Assembly: GCA_950097015.1 (NCBI GenBank)
Contig: CATNEN010000010.1
Span: 2,046,001 to 2,110,000, forward strand
Direction of reading: 5' to 3'
Length of the DNA stretch: 64,000 bases
DNA from: Macrostomum hystrix
Lineage: Eukaryota > Animalia > Platyhelminthes
Below, piece after piece: positions 11,796 to 22,439 of this stretch. The translations under genes and the position numbers were made by a program. The notes beneath the pieces were generated by a model, which saw nothing but the letters and a program-made list of their open reading frames with translations, searched no databases and was not told where the DNA came from. Positions within the stretch are counted from its first letter, which is position 1. Each line of letters starts with the position of its first letter.

Positions 11796-12212
11796 AGGCA
11801 AAGTCAAAGTCTGAGGGTATATCAGACCCAGCCCAACTGCTCGCTTGTTTCACGTGTGATTTTGTAGCAGTATTTTCCCGCGTGTTGAAAAACACGCCTT
11901 CATAACTTTGTCTTTCTGAATCGCTCCGCTTCTAAAACAGCAAGCAATATAATGTGAATTTAATTGTATGTCAATGCGAGTATGCCTAACCTGCAATAAA
12001 TGTTTGTAAATCAAAAACTAATATAAACTAGTTGATCTTGCTTAAGGAATTGGCACATAAACAATTACTAAATAAGACCGACATTTGTTTCTGTTCATGT
12101 GAAGTTTCCACCTAGCAGTTATTCCGCTGCATCTAATAGTATACATGAAAGCCTAGAAAGTGAATAGGAGTATTGTATCTGAATCTGTCGGGTCATCTAG
12201 TCCAATCACAGG

Positions 12213-15200
12213 TCACCAATCGCCTGACAGGTCGATGAGATCAGTCTGATTGGCTGGCAGTATCGGCGGCGGCGCCTTTGATGTCGGCTGCGCCAGCAGT
12301 CGGATCAGGCAGCGTCGGATTCGCCTTTGACGCCGGCGGCTCCCCTGCGGCAGGAACCAGACGATGCGCTTGTGCGCCAGGCAGCGGCGCCGCAGTCGCA
12401 CCCACCACACGTTGGAGCTCAGAGTCGCCGTTCTTGTTGCCATTGACGCCGTCGCTTCATTCCATGTCGCCGACTTTTTAGACGACATTGGCACCGACGC
12501 TGGCGGCTGTTTTTTTGCGCTGGCTGCCGCAACGGTTTGGTTGTTGTAGACTCCAGTGCCGGTGCTGACACCGGTGTGGTTGTTGTAGACTCCAGTGCCG
12601 GTGCTGACACCGGTGTGGTTGTTGTAGACTCCAGCGCCGGTACTGGCACCGGTGTGGTTGTTGAAGACTCCAGTGCCGGTGCTGACACCGGTGTGGTTGT
12701 TGTAGACTCCAGCACCGGTGCTGACACCGGTTTGGTTGTTGTACGCTCCAGCGCAGGTGCTGACACCGGTTTGGTTGTTGTAGACTCCAGCGCCGGTACT
12801 GGCACCGGTGTGGTTGTTGTAGACTCCAGTGCCGGTGCTGACACCGGTGTGGTTGTTGTAGACTCCAGCACCGGTGCTGACACCGGTTTGGTTGTCGTAC
12901 GCTCCAGCGCAGGTGCTGACACCGGTGTGGTTGTTGTAGACTCCAGCACCGGTGCTGACACCGGTTTGGTTGTTGTACGCTCCAGCGCAGGTGCTGACAC
13001 CGGTGTGGTTGTGGGGCCCAACGTCGGTGCTGGAGCCGGTGCCTGTAGTGAAACCGGTGGTGACACCTGTTTCAGTTTCAATTGCAGTAGTTGCTGTACT
13101 ATCGGTGGTGATGCTGGTTGCGGGGGCTGTGCTGACACCAGTCGTGTCACCTGCTGCTATGCCGCACTCGGCTCCTGAGGACGTGATACCGGTAGCGCAA
13201 GCGCAACTCACAGTGAATGCCGTCTCTAAGCTGGTTTGCATCCCAACTGAGGCACTTCTGCCACGAGCAGCACCTGTTGCTTCAACCGGGCCACTATCTG
13301 TTCCAGCACCGGTGCCAGTGGTGCCAGTGCTCACTGAGGTCTGCCTTGCTATGGATTTCCCACCTGTACCTGGGACGATTCCCAGATTCTCGCTGGAGTT
13401 GCGACCTGCATCTGAAATGAAAGCACGGCCTACCACCTGTTGACAATGCACGAAATGTACAGAGATCAAGCCACAATTAAGAGTGCAAAGCAAGCCCCGC
13501 ACACCTTTGCCGCTCATCATCGATCTCAGCCGGTCGAACGTACTGTCCCAGCCGCCTTTGCCACCCATGTCGCTTCTGTCAACGTTGGTGAAAGATTTTT
13601 GTCGAAAACAGTCTGTCAAAGTACGGCTGATGCTCCTGCGGCTGGAACGAGGATTTAACTGCTGCTGCTGCTGCAACGGCCTCGATTGCATTTCGGTCGG
13701 CATGGCGGGTTTTACACAGGCAGGCAAATCTAAATTTCGTTTCGAATGCTGTCCATTGTCACTGGCGCCACTGCCAGCGGGTGACACCGCACCTGCTGCA
13801 CCTGTGCACTGGGGATCTGGTGGGTCGGGAGAAAAAACAGTCTTAGTCAAGTTATGCAATCATCGAGAAGGTCAACATGTTGATCGTGTGTCATTGGCGC
13901 ACTCACAGGGCCTGTCTCGCATTCCTGCCCTTTTACCGCTGTGCTGCCACCGGCCGTTGTCCGCCGCTTTCCCAGCCGAGGCTTCTTCTTTATCCTCTCT
14001 GTCTGGATCTGCAGTGTAGCCGCTCTCGCTAAAGTACATGCTTAAACTGTCAGCTTGCAATGGAATGATTGGAGCAATGGCTGCGGCTTCTGCGGTAGCT
14101 CCATGCCGACCTCGCTGGCACTGCTGCGTCGCTGTCACCGTCTTTGATTTCGTTGCCGCGGCCAGATAATCCGCTGGGGCTGTGGCCGGGGACGCCACCA
14201 GGCCGCCTTGCAAGCCGCCCTTTGCCAGCTGCAGCCGCCTGGGATGGCATGTTGGGCTGTGTCTGACAAATCGCATCGATCATGCTCTGATTCCACATCC
14301 TCCTCTCCCCATTCCCGCTCCAAGATAATAATGCCACTGAGTCAACAGTGCTGAATAGTCTATTTGAAATACATTTCAAATGTCCAAATTTAGCCAGTAT
14401 CACAGGCTGTTGTTGGAAGTTCAAATAGAATTCAATTCAACAGCAATGATCCTCAGCGCTTGGATATCGGATTTCGCATGGGCTTCGATTGAGTAGTGAA
14501 TCTGAGCAGATGAACTGACAATGCCTTAGCTAACTTTCCCAAGATTAGCTTCTGATCGGTTTTACAAGCGGGGCTTCATTTCTGCTCCAAGCTGCATCAG
14601 TTATTATTATTATTCAATTAATTAGCAAGTTTCTGAACTTCCACAGCCCCTACCAGGGACTTCTCCGAGAAGCATCATGCATTTTCTGACGGATTCTTCA
14701 GGATTCTTTGCGTCCAAAGGTACCTGAGTTCGAATCCGCGGAGAGAAGGTTTGGGGGCTGGTGAGTCAACTCTAAATGCACAGTAAGAGTGTACCTATCA
14801 TGATGAGGAGCAAGTCAGGGCGAATGTACACCCCTGTGTGAGTGTGTGCCTGCGCCAATTGATGTGCTCGAAACGACATCACGTATTATAAAGCTGGTAT
14901 TCGCGATTCGCAATTTATTCGCAATAAATTGGGTCTGGTCCTGAAACTTGAAACTTGAAGTAACTTAAAAAAACATTAAAGAAGCGAACCGATCGCAGCT
15001 ATGATGGCTCGGTGAAGTGGCACCGCCGACAGCGCCGTCGACTTCCTCCGTGAACTCGTCGGTGACGATTCTGCGAGCGAAGGCGGGCTGCAGAACCTGC
15101 AGCTGGCGCAGGCAGTGCCGAATCTCAGCGCGTGAGCCGGCCGTCAGGCGCAGGCAGCAGTACATGGGCTGGGCGACCGGCTGACGGGCGCCGGCGCGGC

Positions 15201-15367
15201 TGACACCGAAGTTCGTCTGGCAGCGCAGCAGGGAGCCGCCGACGCTCAGCTCGCAGGAGAATCGCGACAGAACTGACCGAATGCCGACATCCTGGACGAT
15301 GCGCGCCACTTCGGCTGGGCTAGACACTGCCAGCAGGAACTGCTGATGCTGCTGTTGCTGCTGCTTC

Positions 15368-15404
<37 letters not shown>

Positions 15405-16694
15405 TTTGACTATGTCGGATTGATCCGAAATTTTTTTCATTTTGATCAGAAGGAAATCGGCTGCAAAAATGCGCATTAAGAGATTTTTAGGAGACAAAAG
15501 ACACCTTATGTCCATCAGTTCAGCCTGCTATTCTCATGTCCATCAGTTCAGCCTGCTATTCTCAGGTCCATCAGTTCAGCCTGCTATTCTCATGTCCATC
15601 AGTTCAGCCTGCTATTCTCATGTCCATCAGTTCAGCCTGCTATTCTCAGGTCCATCAGTTCAGCCTGCTATTCTCAGGTCCATCAGTTCAGCCTGCTATT
15701 CTCATGTCCATCAGTTCAGCCTGCTATTCTCAGGTCCATCAGTTCAGCCTGCTATTCTCATGTCCATCAGTTCAGCCTGCTATTCTCATGTCCATCAGTT
15801 CAGCCTGCTATTCTCATGTCCATCAGTTCAGCCTGCTATTCTCAGGTCCATCAGTTCAGCCTGCTATTCTCAGGTCCATCAGTTCAGCCTGCTATTCTCA
15901 GGTCCATCAGTTCAGCCTGCTATTCTCAGGTCCATCAGTTCAGCCTGCTATTCTCAGGTCCATCAGTTCAGCCTGCTATTCTCAGGTCCATCAGTTCAGC
16001 CTGCTATTCTCAGGTCCATCAGTTCAGCCTCTACACCCTCCTTTCGTCCAATGCACCTGATTGTGCTTTATGTCCTGCGCATGTCTCTCACCTGCTGTTC
16101 TTGCGCTGCTGCTGCTGCCTTCTCCTATCTTTATTGGTCCATAGTGGCATGTCCAACATGTCAAGAGAAGCTTTCGGTAGAAGCGCGATGCGTCATACAA
16201 TTCCGGGTGAAATGTGTTGGTTGGGCAAGTACGCTGGAGTCGGTTCCTGGAAGACAAGCTTTAATTAAACTCAACCGTCTGTTCAGAGCTGTGCCATAGA
16301 CATAAGAATAATTTCACATGCTTGCGCGGAAGCTTTGCTACTCAATGGGCCTACAAGCTCAACTGAGGTTGAAGTCAACAGTAGGACAACCAAGCCATTT
16401 TGCCGCCCGTTTTTATACCAAGGGGGGAATTTCAGGCCCCCACCCAGAAATTTTTTTGGCAGCGCCTGAATGCTAACAACATGACTGATTGGTTGACAGA
16501 CTAGGCGATGGTGTACTGTGGTTGAGCTGCGCCTAGTGAAATTGAGGTTGTCCATAATGAGCTAATTCCATAATGACCTGACCTAACCACCTTTTGTAGC
16601 ACTTGAAGGTCCAGCAGTCCGTCTTGATAAAAGACCACCGAAGACGGAGATGATGCAGGCACATTCGGGTGTCATGCTGATCAATTTTGAAGGC
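12213..16694 (-). CDS. Uncharacterised multi-exon protein; proposed exons 16694-16591, 16246-16092, 15326-14990, 14238-13907, 13816-13505, 13411-12213
   Basis: Strong GC3 bias in 15326-14990. Five successive GT-AG introns are phase-compatible (2,1,2,1,1). The last exon carries an in-frame 13-aa repeat. No family recognised; the two upstream exons are less certain. Confidence 0.5.
12535..13012. repeat. 39-bp tandem repeat (encodes TGVSTGxGVYNNH/Q on the minus strand)
   Basis: About 12 copies, frame-preserving. Confidence 0.9.
14715..14860 (+). mobile_element. Degenerate family A SINE copy
   Basis: GAGTTCGAATCCGCGGAGAGAAGG...GTCAGGGCGAATGTACACCCCTGTGTGAGTGTGTGCCTGCG matches the family A body. 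Confidence 0.55.
15508..16030. repeat. 28-bp minisatellite (GTCCATCAGTTCAGCCTGCTATTCTCAK)
   Basis: About 18 copies with two variants (T/G). Confidence 0.95.
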
Positions 16695-17236
16695 CTGGCA
16701 AGGCTGCACTGAGGCGCAGTGCTAATTCGTGTATAGGGGTGTATGAAATACACTAGCGCTTATGGGAAAAATCTGACCTTCGGCCAGAACCATCGAATAT
16801 CGCGACGGTCTGAAGAGCTGGCGATTTGATTCTTGTTTCAGAAGATGCGCAACAAAAAGTTGGCCCGTGTTCTTGAGTTTCGTGTGCTTGTGTTGCTCCG
16901 TTCAATTGTCCGGGGGAAACCCCATTGGTAGTTCTACTGTTAAGTCTCAACTTCAGCCTGCTTAAGTCTCCACTTAAGTCTCACCGCCTAATAATCTTTG
17001 TCCCACCGCCCTATTTCTCACCTTGATCTTTCCTTTCTCCCTTCATCTCGCAGCCATCTCTTAGGTTTCTGTTCCTCTCGAAGCCGTCACAGACATCCCA
17101 CAGGCGTCCTCATCTCCTCCCAGCGGAGCCGGCGCGGCAGCCCGGGGCAAACTGCCATGATTTGGCTCATTTTCCAACCTGCAGCCCGCCGACACCCACC
17201 CTCCCTCCGCCGACACGGCCGGGCCGCTGAGGCCGT

Positions 17237-17292
17237 CCAATCAGCCGTCCGCTGAGAGCCGCAGCCGTGGCACGTGCGTCCCGGCATAAAAG
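17237..17292 (+). promoter_or_regulatory. Candidate Pol II promoter: CCAAT (17237), E-box CACGTG (17271), TATA-like CATAAAAG (17285)
   Basis: Canonical order of elements in a GC-rich patch, followed by a strong donor GAG|GTGAGA at 17502. It may drive the neuropeptide gene through 5' UTR exons (a further UTR intron at 19538-19672). Confidence 0.35.
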
Positions 17293-18159
17293 CCCGGACC
17301 AGGCCGGACCCCGCGTTGCTTCGCTGCCGACACGACCGCACAGACAGAGAGAATCAGGCCAGCTGCCTGAAGCCACTGCTCTGCCATCCACCCCTCCTGT
17401 CCCATTTCTCGCAAGCTGCTCTGCGAGGTTCAGTTTCAAGCAGGAACCGCCGCCCACGTGCCACGCGTTTCGTGACCAACTCGCCCCAAGCTCAGGCTGA
17501 GGTGAGACGGCATCCAGTGCCTCCGGCTGTTTCTGTGCGACTTTGTTTGCCTGTTCACCGATTTATGATTTGAGAGGCTTAGCGCAACTGTCTGTATCTT
17601 CTGCGAATCTAACTATCTCATGATATTCTCCCTGCGTTAGAGAAACAGGTATAACACTCTTTTTACCTTCCAAATTTTCCCTCTCCAAATAGCTCCCCTT
17701 CTGCCTCTCACTCTACTTCTCACTGTACCTCTCACTCCAGCTCTGCTTGTTCCTCTCTCCCTCTCCCTCCTTCTCTCCTCTACCTCTCTTTTACATCTCT
17801 CTGCGCCCTCTCCACTCTGCATTTTCCGTCGAAGTCTTACATCCATTATTACTCCATGCCTCCAGTAGCCTCCACTGCGAAGAGCCACGTAGATTATAAT
17901 TTCCCATACTCGGGCAATAAGCAGCCATGCTAGGCAGCTAAATTATTTCAGGTTTCGTAGAATTTTATTTTGCCGACTGAAATCCCGTGACCGTTCTCAC
18001 GTCTCCTGACACTTCGACATTTTCGCACCCCGCGCCGACATACAGACAAGCGGGCCGAAATGTCGCCAAGACCTTTTATCCGGTCACGAACACCGGTTTG
18101 ATGCATCTGGCAATTAGAAATGCATCACTTTCCACGAAAAATTCTGAGATCGTTTTGTG

Positions 18160-18650
18160 CCTCTGATCCCTGAGGTGTCTCAGTTTCCCTCAATGTTTCT
18201 GATCCTTCAGTGCCTCTGATCCCTGAGTGCCCCTGATCCCCGAGTGCCCCTGATCCTCAGTGCCTCTGATCCCTGAGTGCCCCTGATCCCCGAGTGCCCC
18301 TGAACCTCAGTGCCTCTGATCCCTGAGTGCCCCTGATCCCCGAGTGCCCCTGATCCTCAGTGCCTCTGATCCCTGAGTGCCCCTGATCCTCAGTGTCTCT
18401 GATCCCTCAGTGTCTCTGATCCTTCAGTGTCTCTGATTCCACAGTGTCTCTGATCCCTCAGTGTCTCTGATCCCTCAGTCTCTGATCCCTCAGTGTCTCT
18501 GATCCCTCAGTGTCTCTGATCCCTCAGTGTCTCTGATCCCTCAGTGTCTCTGATCCCTCAATGTCTCTGATCCCTCAGTCTCTGATCCCTCAGTGCCTCT
18601 GATCCCTCAGTGTCTCTGATCCCTCGGTGTCTCTGATTCCTCCGTACCTC
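18160..18650 (+). repeat. 17-bp satellite (CTCTGATCCCTCAGTGT), short array
   Basis: About 28 degenerate to near-perfect units; reverse complement of the 22440-26927 unit. Confidence 0.9.
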
Positions 18651-19673
18651 TAATCTCATTGCTCAATCTAGAATCCACACGCATGAAAAGCTGGTGCATT
18701 TTATGTCTGGTAATAATTTTCCTACATCCTGGGTTGTTTACTGTGTGTTTGCAAGCTTCTGTAGCGAATACCAAACGAAAGACGGACTTTAAAGAATGAT
18801 GCTATGTGCAAGTTTTGAAGTAAGAAATCGATGCGCCTAATAAAAGTGGACAGCTCGCAGCATTTCATTTCGCTCCTCTGACCGTTACTCAAGCGTAGAG
18901 CGGCACGAGGACTTTATCGTAGCGCCTTTTCAACTTCTTCCTGGTCCCCCGAGTGCCTAGTAGTTTTCTGAGAGCTCCAACCGAGCATTGGGAGATCATC
19001 TCATGAGAGATCAGAGATGATGCATTGATATATCAGATGTCATACAATGTAAGATCAGATATGAGACATTGAGAGAACAGAGACTAGACACGGAGAGCTG
19101 ATATTAGTGATGAAGCAGAGGACGCTGACAGCCCTGCACTTTTCATTCTGCACCATGCCTCGTGGCACGACAGGTTACGCCGATTGTGCAGAGCACAGCA
19201 ACAGCAAGGCTGGTACAGGGATTGCGCATCCGTCACTGGGAGATTATTTAGGCCCGGCAAGTTAGCAATGCCTTTCGACTGTGCATTTCAACTATCTCTT
19301 GGCTCAGCTGTGGCGATTCCCAGCGGAGCTCGCAGCATCCACTCCGCTGGCAGCTCAGTTCGCTGATCGAATCAGCACCTTTACAGTCGGCGATCGAAGC
19401 CTGGCTACGTCTGGCTTGTAGATCGAATCGGGTAATTCACTCAAAGAGAAGATTAGGTTCCCGATCCGCCGTAGATTTATTATTGAGTGAATCGGCTCTC
19501 TTTGTACTTGGACTTGGAAAAAACGATATCCATGCAGGTATGAATTTCTCTTGGAACAAAATGAGACTTGAAGCAGTGGTTTTTTGTCTTAATTCCGAGT
19601 AAAAATGTTATTTGCCCTAGAAAATTTTCCTTTTTGTTCCAATATCAGTTTTCTAAACCTTTAAACCTCCAGA

Positions 19674-20147
19674 ATGCTGACACCGAAGCTCTGCGGCCTC
19701 ATCTTAGCGGTGCAGTGCTGCCTGCTGCTGACCGTCCATCTAGCCAGCTGCCACTCTGATGATAATGATGGTGAAGACAGCACCGAACTGACGGGAAAGC
19801 GAGGCGCCTACTACGGACTTCTAGGAAAGCGAGGCGCCTACTACGGACTTCTAGGAAAGCGAGGCGCCTACTACGGACTTCTAGGAAAGCGAGGCGCCTA
19901 CTACGGACTTCTAGGAAAGCGAGGCGCCTACTACGGACTTCTAGGAAAGCGAGGCGCCTACTACGGACTTCTAGGAAAGCGAGGCGCCTACTACGGACTT
20001 CTAGGAAAGCGATGGACCTATCGAGGCCTGATAGGCAAGCGGGGCGGCTACCGCGGGCTGCTGGGCAAGAAGCGGGCCTTCCAGCGACTGCTCGGCAAAC
20101 GAGAAGCAGACGCTGAACCCGGGCATGACAGCCAATTGATTGATTGA
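19674..20147 (+). CDS. Amidated neuropeptide precursor (157 aa): 7x GAYYGLL-amide, WTYRGLI-amide, GGYRGLL-amide, AFQRLL-amide
   Basis: Hydrophobic N-terminal signal peptide, acidic spacer, peptides flanked by KR/KKR with a C-terminal Gly amide donor. Acceptor CCTCCAG just before the ATG; AATAAA at 20254. Confidence 0.92.
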   Translation: MLTPKLCGLILAVQCCLLLTVHLASCHSDDNDGEDSTELTGKRGAYYGLLGKRGAYYGLLGKRGAYYGLLGKRGAYYGLLGKRGAYYGLLGKRGAYYGLLGKRGAYYGLLGKRWTYRGLIGKRGGYRGLLGKKRAFQRLLGKREADAEPGHDSQLID

Positions 20148-20411
20148 CTGACGGAGGACTGACTGACAGCACGGACTTGAGTGTTATGACTAAATTCAGC
20201 AGAATAGACTAAAATGTCTTTTGTGGAGATCACTGCGCATAAAATCAACAGCAAATAAACTATCAATATCGACTGTCATTGTTATTAACTCAACACCCGC
20301 TCCAGAATGCTGAATATTTAATTGTAGCCGTGTGCAGCCATTTTATGTTAAATACTTAAGTCTGGACAGGAGCTACACTGAGATAAGGTAAGAGCTACAG
20401 AATCAGAAATA

Positions 20412-21780
20412 TAAGAGTGACCAGAGCTACATGGAGAGTGGCAGGTGACAGTAAGAGTGACCAGAGCTACACGGAGAGTGGCAGGTGACAGTAAGAGTGA
20501 CCAGAGCTACACGGAGAGTGACAGTAAGAGTGACCTGAGCTACACGGAGAGTAAGAGTGACCAGAGCTACATGGAGAGTGACAGTAAGAGTGACCAGGGG
20601 TACATGGAGAGTGACAGTAAGAGTGACAAGAGCTACATGGAGAGTGGCAGGTGACAGTAAGAGTGACCAGAGCTACTTGGAGAATGGCAGGTGACAGTAA
20701 GAGTGACCAGAGCTACATGGAGAGTGACAGTAACAGTGACCTGAGCTAAATGGTGAGTGACAGTAAGAGTGACCTGAGCTACACGGAGAGTGACAGTAAG
20801 AGTGACCTTAGCTACACGGAGAGTGACAGTAAGAGTGACCTGAGCTAAATGGTGAGTGACAGTAAGAGTGACCTGAGCTACACGAAGAGTGACAGTTAGA
20901 GTGACCTGAGCTAAACGGAGAGTGACAGTAATAGTGACCTGAGCTACACGGAGAGTGACAGTAAGAGTGACCTGAGCTAAACGGAGAGTGACAGTAAGAG
21001 TGACCTGAGCTACACGGAGAGTGACAGTAAGAGTGACCTGAGCTAAATGGTGAGTGACAGTAAGAGTGACCTTAGCTACACGGAGAGTGACAGTAAGAGT
21101 GACTTGAGCTAAACGGAGGGTGACAGTAAGAGTGACCTGAGCTACACGGAGAGTGACATTTAGAGTGACCTGAGCTAAACGGAGAGTGACAGTAAAAGTG
21201 ACCTGAGCTACACGGAGAGTGACAGTAAGAGTGACCTGAGCTACACGGAGAGTGACAGTAAGAGTGACCTGAGCTACACGGAGAGTGACAGTTAGAGTGA
21301 CCTGAGCTAAACGGAGAGTGACAGTAAGAGTGAACTGAGCTACACGGAGAGTGACAGTAAGAGTGACCTGAGCTACACGGAGAGTGACTTGAGCTAAACG
21401 GAGGGTGACAGTAAGAGTGACCTGAGCTACACGGAGAGTGACAGTAAGAGTGACCTGAGCTAAACGGAGAGTAACAGTAAAAGTGACCTGAGCTACACGG
21501 AGAGTGACAGTAAGAGTGACCTGAGCTACACGGAGAGTGACAGTAAGAGTGACCTGAGCTACACGGAGAGTGACAGTAAGAGTGACCTGAGCTACACGGA
21601 GAGTGACTTGAGCTAAACGGAGGGTGACAGTAAGAGTGACCTGAGCTACACGGAGAGTGACAGTAAGAGTGACCTGAGCTACACGGAGAGTGACTTGAGC
21701 TAAACGGAGGGTGACAGTAAGAGTGACCTGAGCTACACGGAGAGTGACAGAGACAGGGTGACCATAACTACACAGTGACA
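20412..21780. repeat. 33-bp minisatellite (GAGTGACAGTAAGAGTGACCTGAGCTACACGGA)
   Basis: About 40 copies with internal deletion variants. Confidence 0.95.
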
Positions 21781-22439
21781 GCGACATCGAATCCAAGAAA
21801 ATTAAATTCTATGAATTTGTGAACAGGGAAAAGCTCCCTGGTTGACAAAACAAAAAGCGACACAGCCTACTAAGATATTCAATGCTGCAGATCAGCAAGC
21901 CAGAATTGGGGAAATCAGCCCACCTAAACAGGGATAAACGTGATGGGAATTCTCGCATAATTAATAAACTGTTTGAGTTTTATTTGAAACTTAGAATTCC
22001 AATGCGACAAATCTAATTAACAGATTTTTTCTTGCTAGACACATAAAGGCTTCATAAAAATTGATAAAAATGTTTATTTTAAAATATTCAGCGAGAAGAG
22101 AGCTAAAATTTGTTAATATTTCGACTACACGGACTAGAGTACTACTTGGAAACTAACAAAAAATTGGGAAGCGCTGGCTAACGACATCTAATACAGATAA
22201 TTATTAGAGGGAAATTAGCATCAATACTAAAATCTGCAGTACAGCAGGCAAAAGGTACAAAAGCTGCTGAAAAACTTGGGAGGCTCGAGAACGAATTGCT
22301 ACATGCCTCAGTGCCTGGCTGCTACACTGCGAGTGGCCACGGAAAATGGCTACCTCGCCTGCCCTGTCTGATCAGTCAACTGAAACCAGCTCTTTGCATG
22401 GAGCACAGCAACACTCGGCCTGCCTGAGTATGTTCTCTG

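Noticed and set aside
16420-16470. hAT-like terminus (...TTTTTTTGGCAGCGCCTG)
   Set aside because: No matching opposite terminus or TSD found
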